Below are positions 11,852 to 22,292 of a DNA stretch of 64,000 nt, piece after piece. Made by a program: the position numbers and the translations under genes. Within the stretch, counting starts at the first letter, position 1; each line of letters begins with the position of its first letter. Below the pieces are notes generated by a model that saw nothing but the letters and a program-made list of their open reading frames with translations, ran no database searches and was not told where the DNA came from. Source of the DNA: Tubiluchus corallicola (Eukaryota; Animalia; Priapulida); the NCBI GenBank assembly GCA_030141605.1, contig JAQGDQ010000189.1:1-64000 (forward strand), in the 5' to 3' direction.

Positions 11852-12064
11852 GAAAGTTAATTAATTTTATTCTATTCTGCTTTATTGTTTTTTTTTAACA
11901 CTTCTTGTTCTTTATTTCTATCTTGAACCTTTCTTCTATACTGACTTGATGATAGTTTTTTGCTTGTTTATCCAGTGTTTGAGAGGGAATACTTTTGGTA
12001 ACAGAATAAAAAAAACCCGTGCCTTTGTCTGCAGCACGGGTTTGTAGTATTATTTTTGTTTTTC

Positions 12065-14116
12065 TTAATTAGTATATTGCCAATAGAGGGTAGGCCATTT
12101 ACCACCATTATCATCCCACTTCCAAGGTTCACTATCACTTGTGCCAAATTCCCAGTTAACGAAAACTTCAGCATCAGGATCCTGGCCTGTGTCATAATAT
12201 TTGCCTTCAGTTTTTCTCAGGTTAGAAGCAGCAGAAACACCTGTTCCTGCACTCGATCTGTCGCCCTGCTCTGCACTGGCCATATCCCAGTAGCTGTTGG
12301 TAGTCGAACTATTTCCTTGATCGCCTCCAAACCCTCCTGTATAACTATCATCTACTCCTGTAACTTTACCTGTAGCATAACACCTTTTTACTAAGGCATC
12401 ATTATAGTGTAGACGCCCAAAAAATCCTCCTACGTATAGTTTCCCTTCTACATTGCCTGTGGCATAACTATCCTCAATATCTCCCCTGAAAAAACGTCCT
12501 ACCAGACCACCAGCATATCCGTCATCTCCAGTCCCCTTTACATTGCCTGTGGCATAACTTCTGTAAACCTTGCCATGATTACCGATAGAACTATGACCAA
12601 CTACTCCCACCAGGCCACCAACATAATTATTTCCCGTTACATTGCCTGTAGTGTAACAGTTGTTAACAGCGCTACTTCGATCAAGGGTTCCCACCAGGCC
12701 ACCAACGTGATTACGTCCCGTCACATTGCCTGTAACATAACAGTTGGTAGCAAATAATCCACCAGTATAAACGAACCCCACCAGGCCACCAACGTAATCA
12801 AGTCCCGTCACACCGCCATCCGATATTTCTATACCCACATTATTGATGTTATAGTTGTTGTTTGTAGAGATATTAGTATAGCCAAACAGACCTACATAAT
12901 TTATATTTCTATCTATAAAGAAATTTTTTATCACATACCCATTCCCATCAAGTGTGCCTGTAAAACTACGATGACGCGCATTGCCCAAAGGATTAAAACC
13001 TTCTTTAGGTAGCTCTTCCGGGAAAATGCCTTCTGTTTGGGAGGGTTCTGGCAGCTCTATATCATTCATCAAAGTGTAACGACCACCTAGATTATATTTT
13101 ATCCCCTGCAGATCCTGCCAGCTCTTTATATTATACTGCTCTTTGGTAGTGTTGTAGCTAAAGGTAGAACCTTCTAAGGTTAATGCAATGATAATATTGC
13201 CATCATCTATTTCATTCCAGTCAGAAGCAAGCAGCGTACTGCCGCCTATTGTACCATTACCGTCTTTTACTTCTACTGTACCATTTGCAGTTTTATCTGC
13301 TATCTTCAATGTGTAATTGTAGCTCCCCTCTGCTATATCACTTATCTCAAACAGATCGGGTTTTTCAAAATCCCCTGCTCCTACACGGTTCTCTCTCTCG
13401 TAATAGCTCACGGTAGCGAAAGAGGGCTGTGGCTTTATCGTAACTGTTACTTTATAGTCCTGCGTAGAGGTTTCATTTTCTGATGTTACAGTGTAAGTAA
13501 CAGCGCCGTATGTAAAGTTGACCTCTGTTTCTCCACTTGTTTGTTGTTCTCCATCTACCGTTACTGTGGCTCCCTCAGATACCTCAAAAGTGGCTACTAA
13601 CGCTTCTACATCTGTACCAAAAGGTACTGTTAGTTCAATGTTAGTTCCTTCTATCTCTCCGGCGTCAACATCATCCTTGAACCCATTCTTGCCTGCCTCA
13701 AATACATAGCTCGTAATCAAGTTTTCACTACTTCCAGGTAACTTCGTAACTGTTACTTTATACTCCTGCTCGTCGCCATTCTCCGCTGTTACTATGTAAG
13801 TTGTAGGGTTTGTTTTTTCAAAGTCTATACGCACTCCACTATCAGGACTAATAGTGGCACCATCAGATATCACTATTGTAGGGATTAGAAAAAGGTTTGT
13901 ACTAAAAGGAACTTTTAGCTCAATTTCTGTGCCTGTGATTACACCCGCATCTACATCGACAGCTAATGACCCATTGACACTTTTCCTAAACGCAAACTCA
14001 GTAATCAGATTCTCATCGGAGAGAGGTGGTTTTTCATCCCCTTTTTTGCATCCAAATGTAATAGCTAGGAGCAATATAAGTATATTGATTAGTGGTTTAA
14101 ATGCTGCTGTTTTCAT
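12065..14116 (-). CDS. Surface lipoprotein array copy E (2 stalk modules), intact
   Basis: 683 aa, same architecture as the other copies. Confidence 0.92.
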   Translation of the reverse strand: MKTAAFKPLINILILLLAITFGCKKGDEKPPLSDENLITEFAFRKSVNGSLAVDVDAGVITGTEIELKVPFSTNLFLIPTIVISDGATISPDSGVRIDFEKTNPTTYIVTAENGDEQEYKVTVTKLPGSSENLITSYVFEAGKNGFKDDVDAGEIEGTNIELTVPFGTDVEALVATFEVSEGATVTVDGEQQTSGETEVNFTYGAVTYTVTSENETSTQDYKVTVTIKPQPSFATVSYYERENRVGAGDFEKPDLFEISDIAEGSYNYTLKIADKTANGTVEVKDGNGTIGGSTLLASDWNEIDDGNIIIALTLEGSTFSYNTTKEQYNIKSWQDLQGIKYNLGGRYTLMNDIELPEPSQTEGIFPEELPKEGFNPLGNARHRSFTGTLDGNGYVIKNFFIDRNINYVGLFGYTNISTNNNYNINNVGIEISDGGVTGLDYVGGLVGFVYTGGLFATNCYVTGNVTGRNHVGGLVGTLDRSSAVNNCYTTGNVTGNNYVGGLVGVVGHSSIGNHGKVYRSYATGNVKGTGDDGYAGGLVGRFFRGDIEDSYATGNVEGKLYVGGFFGRLHYNDALVKRCYATGKVTGVDDSYTGGFGGDQGNSSTTNSYWDMASAEQGDRSSAGTGVSAASNLRKTEGKYYDTGQDPDAEVFVNWEFGTSDSEPWKWDDNGGKWPTLYWQYTN

Positions 14117-14383
14117 ATTCTTAATAAATTTATTAAAGTGATCTTCGCAAAGATAAAGAAAATGTCTTTGCGGAAAGTTAATTAATTTTATTTTATTCTG
14201 CTTTATTGTTTTTTTTTAACACTTCTTGTTCTTTATTTCTATCTTGAACCTTTCTTCTATACTGACTTGATGATAGTTTTTTGCTTGTTTATCCAGTGTT
14301 TGAGAGGGAATACTTTTGGTAACAGAATAAAAAACCCGTGCCTTTGTCTGCAGCACGGGTTTGTAGTATTATTTTTGTTTTTC

Positions 14384-16993
14384 TTAATTAGTATATTGCC
14401 AATAGAGGGTAGGCCATTTACCACCATTATCATCCCACTTCCAAGGTTCACTATCACTTGTGCCAAATTCCCAGTTAACGAAAACTTCAGCATCAGGATC
14501 CTGGCCTGTGTCATAATATTTGCCTTCAGTTTTTCTCAGGTTAGAAGCAGCAGAAACACCTGTTCCTGCACTCGATCTGTCGCCCTGCTCTGCGCTGGCC
14601 ATATCCCAGTAGCTGTTGGTAGTCGAATTATTTCCTTGATCGCCTCCAAACCCTCCTGTAGAACTATCATCTACTCCTGTAACTTTACCTGTAGCATAAC
14701 ACCTTTTTACTAAGGCATCATCGTGTAGACGCCCAAAAAATCCTCCTACGCGTTGTATCCCTTCTACATTGCCTGTGGCATAACTATCCTCAATATCTCC
14801 CCTGAAAAAACGTCCTACCAGACCACCAGCATATCCTTCATTTCCAGTCCCCTTTACATTGCCTGTGGCATAACTTCTGTAAACCTTGCCATGATTATCG
14901 GAAAAACTATTACCAACTACTCCCACCAGGCCACCAACATAATTATTTCCCGTTACATTGCCTGTAGTGTAACAGTTGTTAACAACGCTACTTCGATCAA
15001 GGGTTCCCACCAGGCCACCAACGTGATTACGTCCCGTCACATTGCCTGTAACATAACAGTTGGTAGCAAATAATCCACCAGTATAAACGAACCCCACCAG
15101 GCCACCAACGTAATCAAGTCCCGTCACACCGCCATCCGATATTTCTATACCCACATTATTGATGTTATAGTTGTTGTTTGTAGAGATATTAGTATAGCCA
15201 AACAGACCTACATAGTTCTTATTCTCTCTATCTATAAAGAAATTTTTTATCACATACCCATTCCCATCAAGTGTGCCTGTAAAATGATCATGCGCATTGC
15301 CCAAAGGATTAAAACCTTCTTTAGGTAGCTCTTCCGGGAAAGTGCCTCCTGTTTGGGAGGGTTCTGGCAGCTCTATATCATTCATCAAAGTGTAACGACC
15401 ACCTAGATTATCTTTTATCCCCTGCAGATCCTGCCAGCTCTTTATATTATACTGCTCTTTGGTAGTGTTGTAGCTAAAGGTAGAACCTTCTATGGTTAAT
15501 TCAATGTCAACATTGCCATTCGGTATAGACTTCCAATCAGAAATACTCAGCTTACTGCCGCGTATTGTACCATTACCGTCTTTTACTTCTACTGTACCAT
15601 TTGCAGTTTTATCTGCTATCTTCAATGTGTAATTGTAGCTCCCCTCTGCTATATCACTTATCTCAAACAGATCGGGTTTTTCAAAATCCCCTGCTCCTAC
15701 ACGGTTCTCTCTCTCGTAATAGCTCACGGTAGCGAAAGAGGGCTGTGGCTTTATCGTAACTGTTACTTCATAGTTCTGCGTAAAGGCTTCATTTTGTGAT
15801 GTCACAGTGTAAGTAACAGCGTTTGTAAAGTTGACCTCTGTTTCTCCACTTATTTGTTGTTCTCCATCTACCGTTACTGTGGCTCCATTAGATACCGTAA
15901 AAGTGGCTACTAATAACGCTTCTACATCTGTACCAAAAGGTACTGTTACTGTAATGTCAGTGCCTGTAATATCCCCATCAATGTCTTTGCCTAATATTCC
16001 CTGATTATTGCCTGCCTCAAACACAAAAGTTTTGATTTCACATTCACTACTTGCGGGTGCTTCCGTAACTGTTACATTATACTCCTGCTTTTCGCCATTC
16101 TCCGCTGTTACTGTGTAAGTTGTAGGGTTTGTTTCTTCAAAGTTTATAGGCACTCCACTAGCAGGATTAATAGTGGCACCATCCGATATCTCTATTGTAG
16201 GAGTTAACTCGAGGGCTGTACCAAAAGGAACTGTTAGTTCAATGTTAGTTCCTTCTATCTCTCCGGCGTCAACATCATCCTCGAACCCATTCTTGCCTGC
16301 CTCAAACACAAAAGTTTTGATTTCACATTCGGTATTTTGTGCTACTTCAACTGTTACATTATACTCCTGCTTTTCGCCATTCTCCGCTGTTACTGTGTAA
16401 GTTGTAGGGTTTGTTTCTTCAAAGTTTATACCCACTCCACTTTCAGGACTAATAGTGGCACCATCCGATATCTCTATTGTAGGAGTTAACTCGAGGGCTG
16501 TACCAAAAGGAACTGTTAGTTCAATGTTAGTTCCTTCTATCTCTCCGGCGTCAACATCATCCTTGAACCCATTCTTGCCTGCCTCAAATACATAGCTCGT
16601 AATCAAGTTTTCACTACTTCCAGGTAACTTCGTAACTGTTACTTTATACTCCTGCTCGTCGCCATTCTCCGCTGTTACTATGTAAGTTGTAGGGTTTGTT
16701 TTTTCAAAGTCTATACGCACTCCACTATCAGGACTAATAGTGGCACCATCAGATATCACTATTGTAGGGATTAGAAAAAGGTTTGTACTAAAAGGAACTT
16801 TTAGCTCAATTTCTGTGCCTGTGATATCTTCTGCGACTATATCGACAGCTAATGACCCATTGATACTTTTCCTAAACGCAAACTCAGTAATCAGATTCTC
16901 ATCGGAGAGAGGTGGTTTTTCATCCCTTTTTTTGCATCCAAATGTAATAGCTAGGAGCAATATAAGTATATTGATTAGTGGTTTAAATTTCAT
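14384..16993 (-). CDS. Surface lipoprotein array copy F (4 stalk modules), intact
   Basis: 869 aa, same architecture as the other copies. Confidence 0.92.
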   Translation of the reverse strand: MKFKPLINILILLLAITFGCKKRDEKPPLSDENLITEFAFRKSINGSLAVDIVAEDITGTEIELKVPFSTNLFLIPTIVISDGATISPDSGVRIDFEKTNPTTYIVTAENGDEQEYKVTVTKLPGSSENLITSYVFEAGKNGFKDDVDAGEIEGTNIELTVPFGTALELTPTIEISDGATISPESGVGINFEETNPTTYTVTAENGEKQEYNVTVEVAQNTECEIKTFVFEAGKNGFEDDVDAGEIEGTNIELTVPFGTALELTPTIEISDGATINPASGVPINFEETNPTTYTVTAENGEKQEYNVTVTEAPASSECEIKTFVFEAGNNQGILGKDIDGDITGTDITVTVPFGTDVEALLVATFTVSNGATVTVDGEQQISGETEVNFTNAVTYTVTSQNEAFTQNYEVTVTIKPQPSFATVSYYERENRVGAGDFEKPDLFEISDIAEGSYNYTLKIADKTANGTVEVKDGNGTIRGSKLSISDWKSIPNGNVDIELTIEGSTFSYNTTKEQYNIKSWQDLQGIKDNLGGRYTLMNDIELPEPSQTGGTFPEELPKEGFNPLGNAHDHFTGTLDGNGYVIKNFFIDRENKNYVGLFGYTNISTNNNYNINNVGIEISDGGVTGLDYVGGLVGFVYTGGLFATNCYVTGNVTGRNHVGGLVGTLDRSSVVNNCYTTGNVTGNNYVGGLVGVVGNSFSDNHGKVYRSYATGNVKGTGNEGYAGGLVGRFFRGDIEDSYATGNVEGIQRVGGFFGRLHDDALVKRCYATGKVTGVDDSSTGGFGGDQGNNSTTNSYWDMASAEQGDRSSAGTGVSAASNLRKTEGKYYDTGQDPDAEVFVNWEFGTSDSEPWKWDDNGGKWPTLYWQYTN

Positions 16994-17277
16994 ATTCTTA
17001 AGTAAACTTAGTTAAACAAATTAAACAAAGTGGTCTTCTGCAAAGATAAAGAAAATGTCTTTGCGGAAAGTTAATTAATTTTATTTTATTCTGCTTTATT
17101 GTTTTTTTTTAACACTTCTTGTTCTTTATTTCTATCTTGAACCTTTCTTCTATACTGACTTGATGATAGTTTTTTGCTTGTTTATCCAGTGTTTGAGAGG
17201 GAATACTTTTGGTAACAGAATAAAAAAACCCGTGCCTTTGTCTGCAGCACGGGTTTGTAGTATTATTTTTGTTTTTC

Positions 17278-19883
17278 TTAATTAGTATATTGCCAATAGA
17301 GGGTAGGCCATTTACCACCATTATCATCCCACTTCCAAGGTTCACTATCACTTGTGCCAAATTCCCAGTTAACGAAAACTTCAGCATCAGGATCCTGGCC
17401 TGTGTCATAATATTTGCCTTCAGTTTTTCTCAGGTTAGAAGCAGCAGAAACACCTGTTCCTGCACTCGATCTTTCGCCCTGCTCTGCGCTGGCCATATCC
17501 CAGTAGCTGTTGGTAGTCGAACTATTTCCTTGATCGCCTCCAAACCCTCCTGTATAACCATCATCTTCTCCTGTAACTTTACCTGTAGCATAACACCTTT
17601 TTACTAAGGCATCAGAAAAGTGTAGACGCCCAAAAAATCCTCCTACGTATTTTATCCCTTCTACATTGCCTGTGGCATAACTATCCTCAATATCTCCCCT
17701 GAAAAAACGTCCTACCAGACCACCAGCATATCCGCCATCTCCAGTCCCCTTTACATTGCCTGTGGCATAACTTCTGTAAACCTTGCCATGATTACCGGTA
17801 GAACTCTGACCAACTACTCCCACCAGGCCACCAACATAATTACTTCCTGTAACATCTCCCGTGGCATAACTATTTTTAATATAAGCTGATGATTGTATGA
17901 AAGAGTTAGCTACTCCCACCAAACCACCGACAGAATTATTTCCCGTTACATTGCCTGTAGTGTAACAGTTGTTAACAGTGCTATTTTTAACAAGGTTTCC
18001 CACCAGGCCACCGACAAAATTATTTCCCGTCACATTGCCTGTAATATAACAGTTGGCAGCAAATACACCAGCATCTGCAACGAACCCCACCAGGCCACCA
18101 ACGTAATTATATCCCGTCACACCGTCATCCGATATTTCTATACCCACATTATTGATGGCTGAAGAGGAGCCATAAGCAGAGCCAAACAGCCCTACATAGT
18201 TCTTATTCTCTCTATCTATAAAGAAATTATTTATCCGTCGCAACTTTTACACTATAGATCTGCGTAGCGCTGCCACCTTCTGCTGTTACAGTGTAATACA
18301 TAGCGCCGTATTCAAAGTTGACCTCTGTTACTCCACTTGTTTGTTGTTTTCCATCTACCCTTACTGAGGCGACTCCCTCAGATACTGCAAAAGTGGCTAC
18401 TAACTCTGTTATATCTGTAATTGAAAGGAACTGTTAAGTCAATAGTGAATCCTGTAATCTTTCCTGTGACGTCTTCAGTTATTCCATTAATCTCATTATT
18501 GCCTGTCTCTTTCTCAAACACAAAAGTTGTGATTGCGGGTGCTTCCGTAACTGTTACAGTATACTCCTGTGTGGAGGTTCCATCTTGTGCTGTTACAGTG
18601 TAAGTAACATCGCCTGTAAAGTCGACATCTGTTACTCCACTTACTTGTGTAATTCCATCTACCGTTACTGTGGCTCCCTCAGATACTGTAAAAGTGGCTA
18701 CTAACTCTGTTATAGTTGCATTGTAAGGAGTTGTTAACTCAATAGTGAATCCTGTAATCTTTCCTGTGACGTCTTCAGTTATTCCATTAATCTCATTATT
18801 GCCTGTCTCTTTCTCAAAAGCAAAAGTTTTGATTTCACATTCACTACTTGCGGGTGCTTCCGTAACTGTTACAGTATACTCCTGTGTGGAGGTTCCATCT
18901 TGTGCTGTTACAGTGTAAGTAACATCGCCTGTAAAGTCGACATCTGTTACTCCACTTACTTGTGTAATTCCATCTACCGTTACTGTGGCTCCCTCAGATA
19001 CTGTAAAAGTGGCTACTAACTCTGTTATAGTTGCATTGTAAGGAGTTGTTAACTCAATAGTGAATTCTGTAATACTTCCTGTGACGTCTTCAGTTATTCC
19101 TTCAGTCTCATTATTGCCTTTGTCTTTCTCAAAAGCAAAAGTTTTGATTTCACATTCACTACTTGCGGGTGCTTCCGTAACTTTTACAGTATACTCCTGT
19201 GTGGAGGTTCCATCTTGTGCTGTTACAGTGTAAATAACATCGCCTGTAAAGTCGACATCTGTTACTCCACTTGTTTGTGGGTTTCCATCTACCGTTACTG
19301 TGGCTCCCTCAGATACTGTAAAAGTGGCTACTAACTCTGTTATAGTTGCATTGTAAGGAGTTGTTAACTCAATAGTGAATTCTGTAATACTTCCTGTGAC
19401 GTCTTCAGTTATTCCTTCAGTCTCATTATTGCCTTTGTCTTTCTCAAAAGCAAAAGTTTTGATTTCACATTCACTACTTGCGGGTGCTTCCGTAACTTTT
19501 ACAGTATACTCCTGTGTGGAGGTTCCATCTTGTGCTGTTACAGTGTAAATAACATCGCCTGTAAAGTCGACATCTGTTACTCCACTTACTTGTGTAACTC
19601 CATCTACCGTTACTGTGGCTCCCTCAGATACTGTAAAAGTGGCTACTAACTCTGTTACATTTGTACCAAAAGGTACTGTGAGTGGGATATCTGTGCCTGT
19701 AATTACGCCCGCATCTACATCGACATATAAATTATCCTCATTATTGCCTGCTTCAAATTTAAAACTAATAATTGCGTTTTCACTAGAACGAGGTGGTTCT
19801 TCATCCCCTTTTTTGCATCCAAATGTAATAGCTAGGAGCAATATAAGTATATTGATTAGTGGTTTAAATGCTGCTGTTTTCAT
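17278..19883 (-). pseudogene. Surface lipoprotein array copy G (5 stalk modules), frameshifted and linker-deleted
   Basis: ORF 18378-19883 (lipobox plus stalk) shifts frame near 18420. Near 18235 the fifth module joins directly to INNFFIDRE, so the whole linker is missing. The head is ORF 17278-18243. Confidence 0.85.
18535..19650. repeat. Near-perfect 315-bp tandem repeat (105-aa stalk module) in copy G
   Basis: GCGGGTGCTTCCGTAAC recurs at 18535, 18850, 19165 and 19480. Confidence 0.92.
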
Positions 19884-20173
19884 ATTCTTAATAAATTTAA
19901 GTTAAACAAAGTGATCTTCGTGATCTTCGCAAAGATAAAGAAAATATCTTTGCGGAAAATTAATTAATTTTATTTTTTTTCTGCTTTATTGTTTTTTTTA
20001 ACACTTCTTGTTCTTTATTTCTATCTTGAACCTTTCTTCTATACTGACTTGATGATAGTTTTTTGCTTGTTTATCCAGTGTTTGAGAGGGAATACTTTTG
20101 GTAACAGAATAAAAAACCCGTGCCTTTGTCTGCAGCACGGATTTGTAGTATTATTTTTGTTTTTCTTAATTAG

Positions 20174-22292
20174 TTATTGCCAATAGAGGGTAGGCCATTT
20201 ACCACCATTATCATCCCACTTCCAAGGTTCACTATCACTTGTGCCAAATATCCAGTCAACAAAAACTTCAGCATTAGGATCCTGGCCCGTGTCATAATAT
20301 TTGCCTTCAGTTTTTCTCAGGTTAGAAGCAGCAGAAACACCTGTTCCTGCACTCGATCTTTCGCCCTGCTCTGCGCTGGCTATATCCCAGTAGCTGTTGG
20401 TAGTCGAATTATTTCCTTGATTGCCTCCAAACCCTCCTGTAGAACCATCATCTACTCCTGTAACTTTACCTGTAGCATAACACCTTTTTACTAAGGCATC
20501 ATCATGGTGTAGACGCTCAAAAAATCCTCCTACGCGTTGTATCCCTTCTACATTGCCTGTGGCATAACTATCCTCAATATCTCCCCTGTAAAAACGTCCT
20601 ACCAGACCACCAGCATATCCGTCATTTCCAGTCACCCTTACATTGCCTGTGGCATAACTTCTGTAAACCGTGCCATGATTACCGGAAGAACTATGACCAA
20701 CTACTCCCACCAGGCCACCAACATAATTACTTCCTGTAACATCTCCCGTGGCATAACTATTTTTAATATAAGCTGATGATTGTGTGAAAGAGTTAGCTAC
20801 TCCCACCAAACCACCGACAGAATTATTTCCCGTTACATTGCCTGTAGTGTAACAGTTGTTAACAGTGCTATTTCGAGCAAGTTTTCCCACCAGGCCACCG
20901 ACAGTATTATTTCCCGTCACATTGCCTGTAATATAACAGTTGGCAGCAAATACACCAGCATCTGCAACGAACCCCACCAGGCCACCAACCTAATTATATC
21001 CCGTCACACCGTCATCCGATATTTCTATACCCACATTATTGATGGCTGAAGAGCCATAAACAGAGCCAAACAGCCCTACATAGTCCTTATCCTCTCTATC
21101 TATAAAGAAATTATTTATCACAAACCCATTCCCATCAAGTTTGCCTGTAAAACTATCATCATCCCTATTGCCCAAAGGATTAAAACCTTCTTTAGGTAGC
21201 TCTTCCGGGAAAATGCCTCCTGTTTGTGAGGGAGCAGGCAGCTCTATATCATTCATCAAAGTGTAATGACCTAGTAGATTATATTTTATCCCCTGCAGAT
21301 CCTGCCAGCTCTTTATATTATACTGCTCTTTGGTTGTGCTATGGCTAAATTTATCACTTTCTATGGTTAATTCAATGTCAACATTGCCATTCGGTATAGA
21401 CTTCCAATCAGAAATACTCAGCGTACTGCCTATTGTACCATTACCGTCTTTTACTTCTACTGTACCATTTGCAGTTTTATCTGCTATCTTCAATGTGTAA
21501 TTGTAGCTCCCCTCTGCTATATCACTTATCTCAAACAGATCGGGTTTTTCAAAATCCCCTGCTCCTACACGGTTCTCTCTCTCGTAATAGCTCACGGTAG
21601 CGAAAGAGGGCTGTGGCTTTATCGTAACTGTTACTTCATAGTTCTGCGTAAAGGCTTCATTTTGTGATGTCACAGTGTAAGTAACATCGTTTGTAAAGTC
21701 CTTAGAAACCCCACTTCCCGGTGTGACACTTTTCCCTTTTATGTTAATAGTAGGTGTCAATGATGTTACATTTGTACCGAAAGGTACTGTTACTGTAATG
21801 TCATTGCCTGTAATATCCCCACCAATGTCTTTGCCTAATATTCCCTGATTATTGCCTTTCTCAAAAATAAAACTTGTAATCTCATTGTCATCATCAGATG
21901 TTTCTATAACTGTTACAGTATAGTTCTGCGTAGATGTGCCATCTTGTGCTGTTACAGTGTAAGTAACATCGTTTGTAAAGTTGACCTTTGTTACTCCACT
22001 TGTTTGTTGTTTTCCATCTACCGTTACTGAGGCTCCCTCAGATACCGTAAAAGTGGCTACTAACGCTGTTACATCTGTAATTGAAAGGAACTGTTAAGTC
22101 AATAGTGTAGTTTTCTGAAATATCCCCAGGATCTGTTAATATTCCGTTGTTATTGTCAGCTTCAAAAGCAAATTTCGTGATTTTGTTTTCACTGGATAGA
22201 GGCGGTTTTTCGTCGTCTTTTTTACACCCCAATACAAGAGTGAAGAGTGAAAATAGTAATAGTGTTGTGGATAATTTTGATAATGCTTTCAT
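20174..22292 (-). pseudogene. Surface lipoprotein array copy H (first in transcription order, distinct signal peptide), frameshift plus nonsense
   Basis: MKALSK...LVLG-C KKDDEK starts at 22292. There is a +1 frameshift near 22080 and a TAC>TAG change at 20990 (YNYVGG in G). Its own upstream region has TATATTTG at 22314-22321 (minus strand). Confidence 0.85.

Noticed and set aside
5817-20120. Poly-T/poly-A phase variation in the spacers
   Set aside because: The T8-T9 and A6-A8 runs lie outside the promoter box or in the terminator tail, and the differences are within homopolymer sequencing error.
5698-20173. Bacteroides-type invertible promoters
   Set aside because: The only inverted repeat encloses 7 bp, all spacers and genes are in one orientation, and no invertase is present.
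3468-21049. Recurrent short ORFs (MPIEGRPF..., MAPSD..., MTQARILM..., MYPFYIAC...)
   Set aside because: Antisense or alternate-frame shadows of the repeated lipoprotein genes; they recur only because the DNA is repeated.
3574-21200. Diversity-generating retroelement acting on the GLUG heads
   Set aside because: No reverse transcriptase or non-coding template repeat in the window. Variation spans about 1 kb and includes indels and non-A exchanges (gtt/gct, tct/ttt). Not excluded genome-wide.
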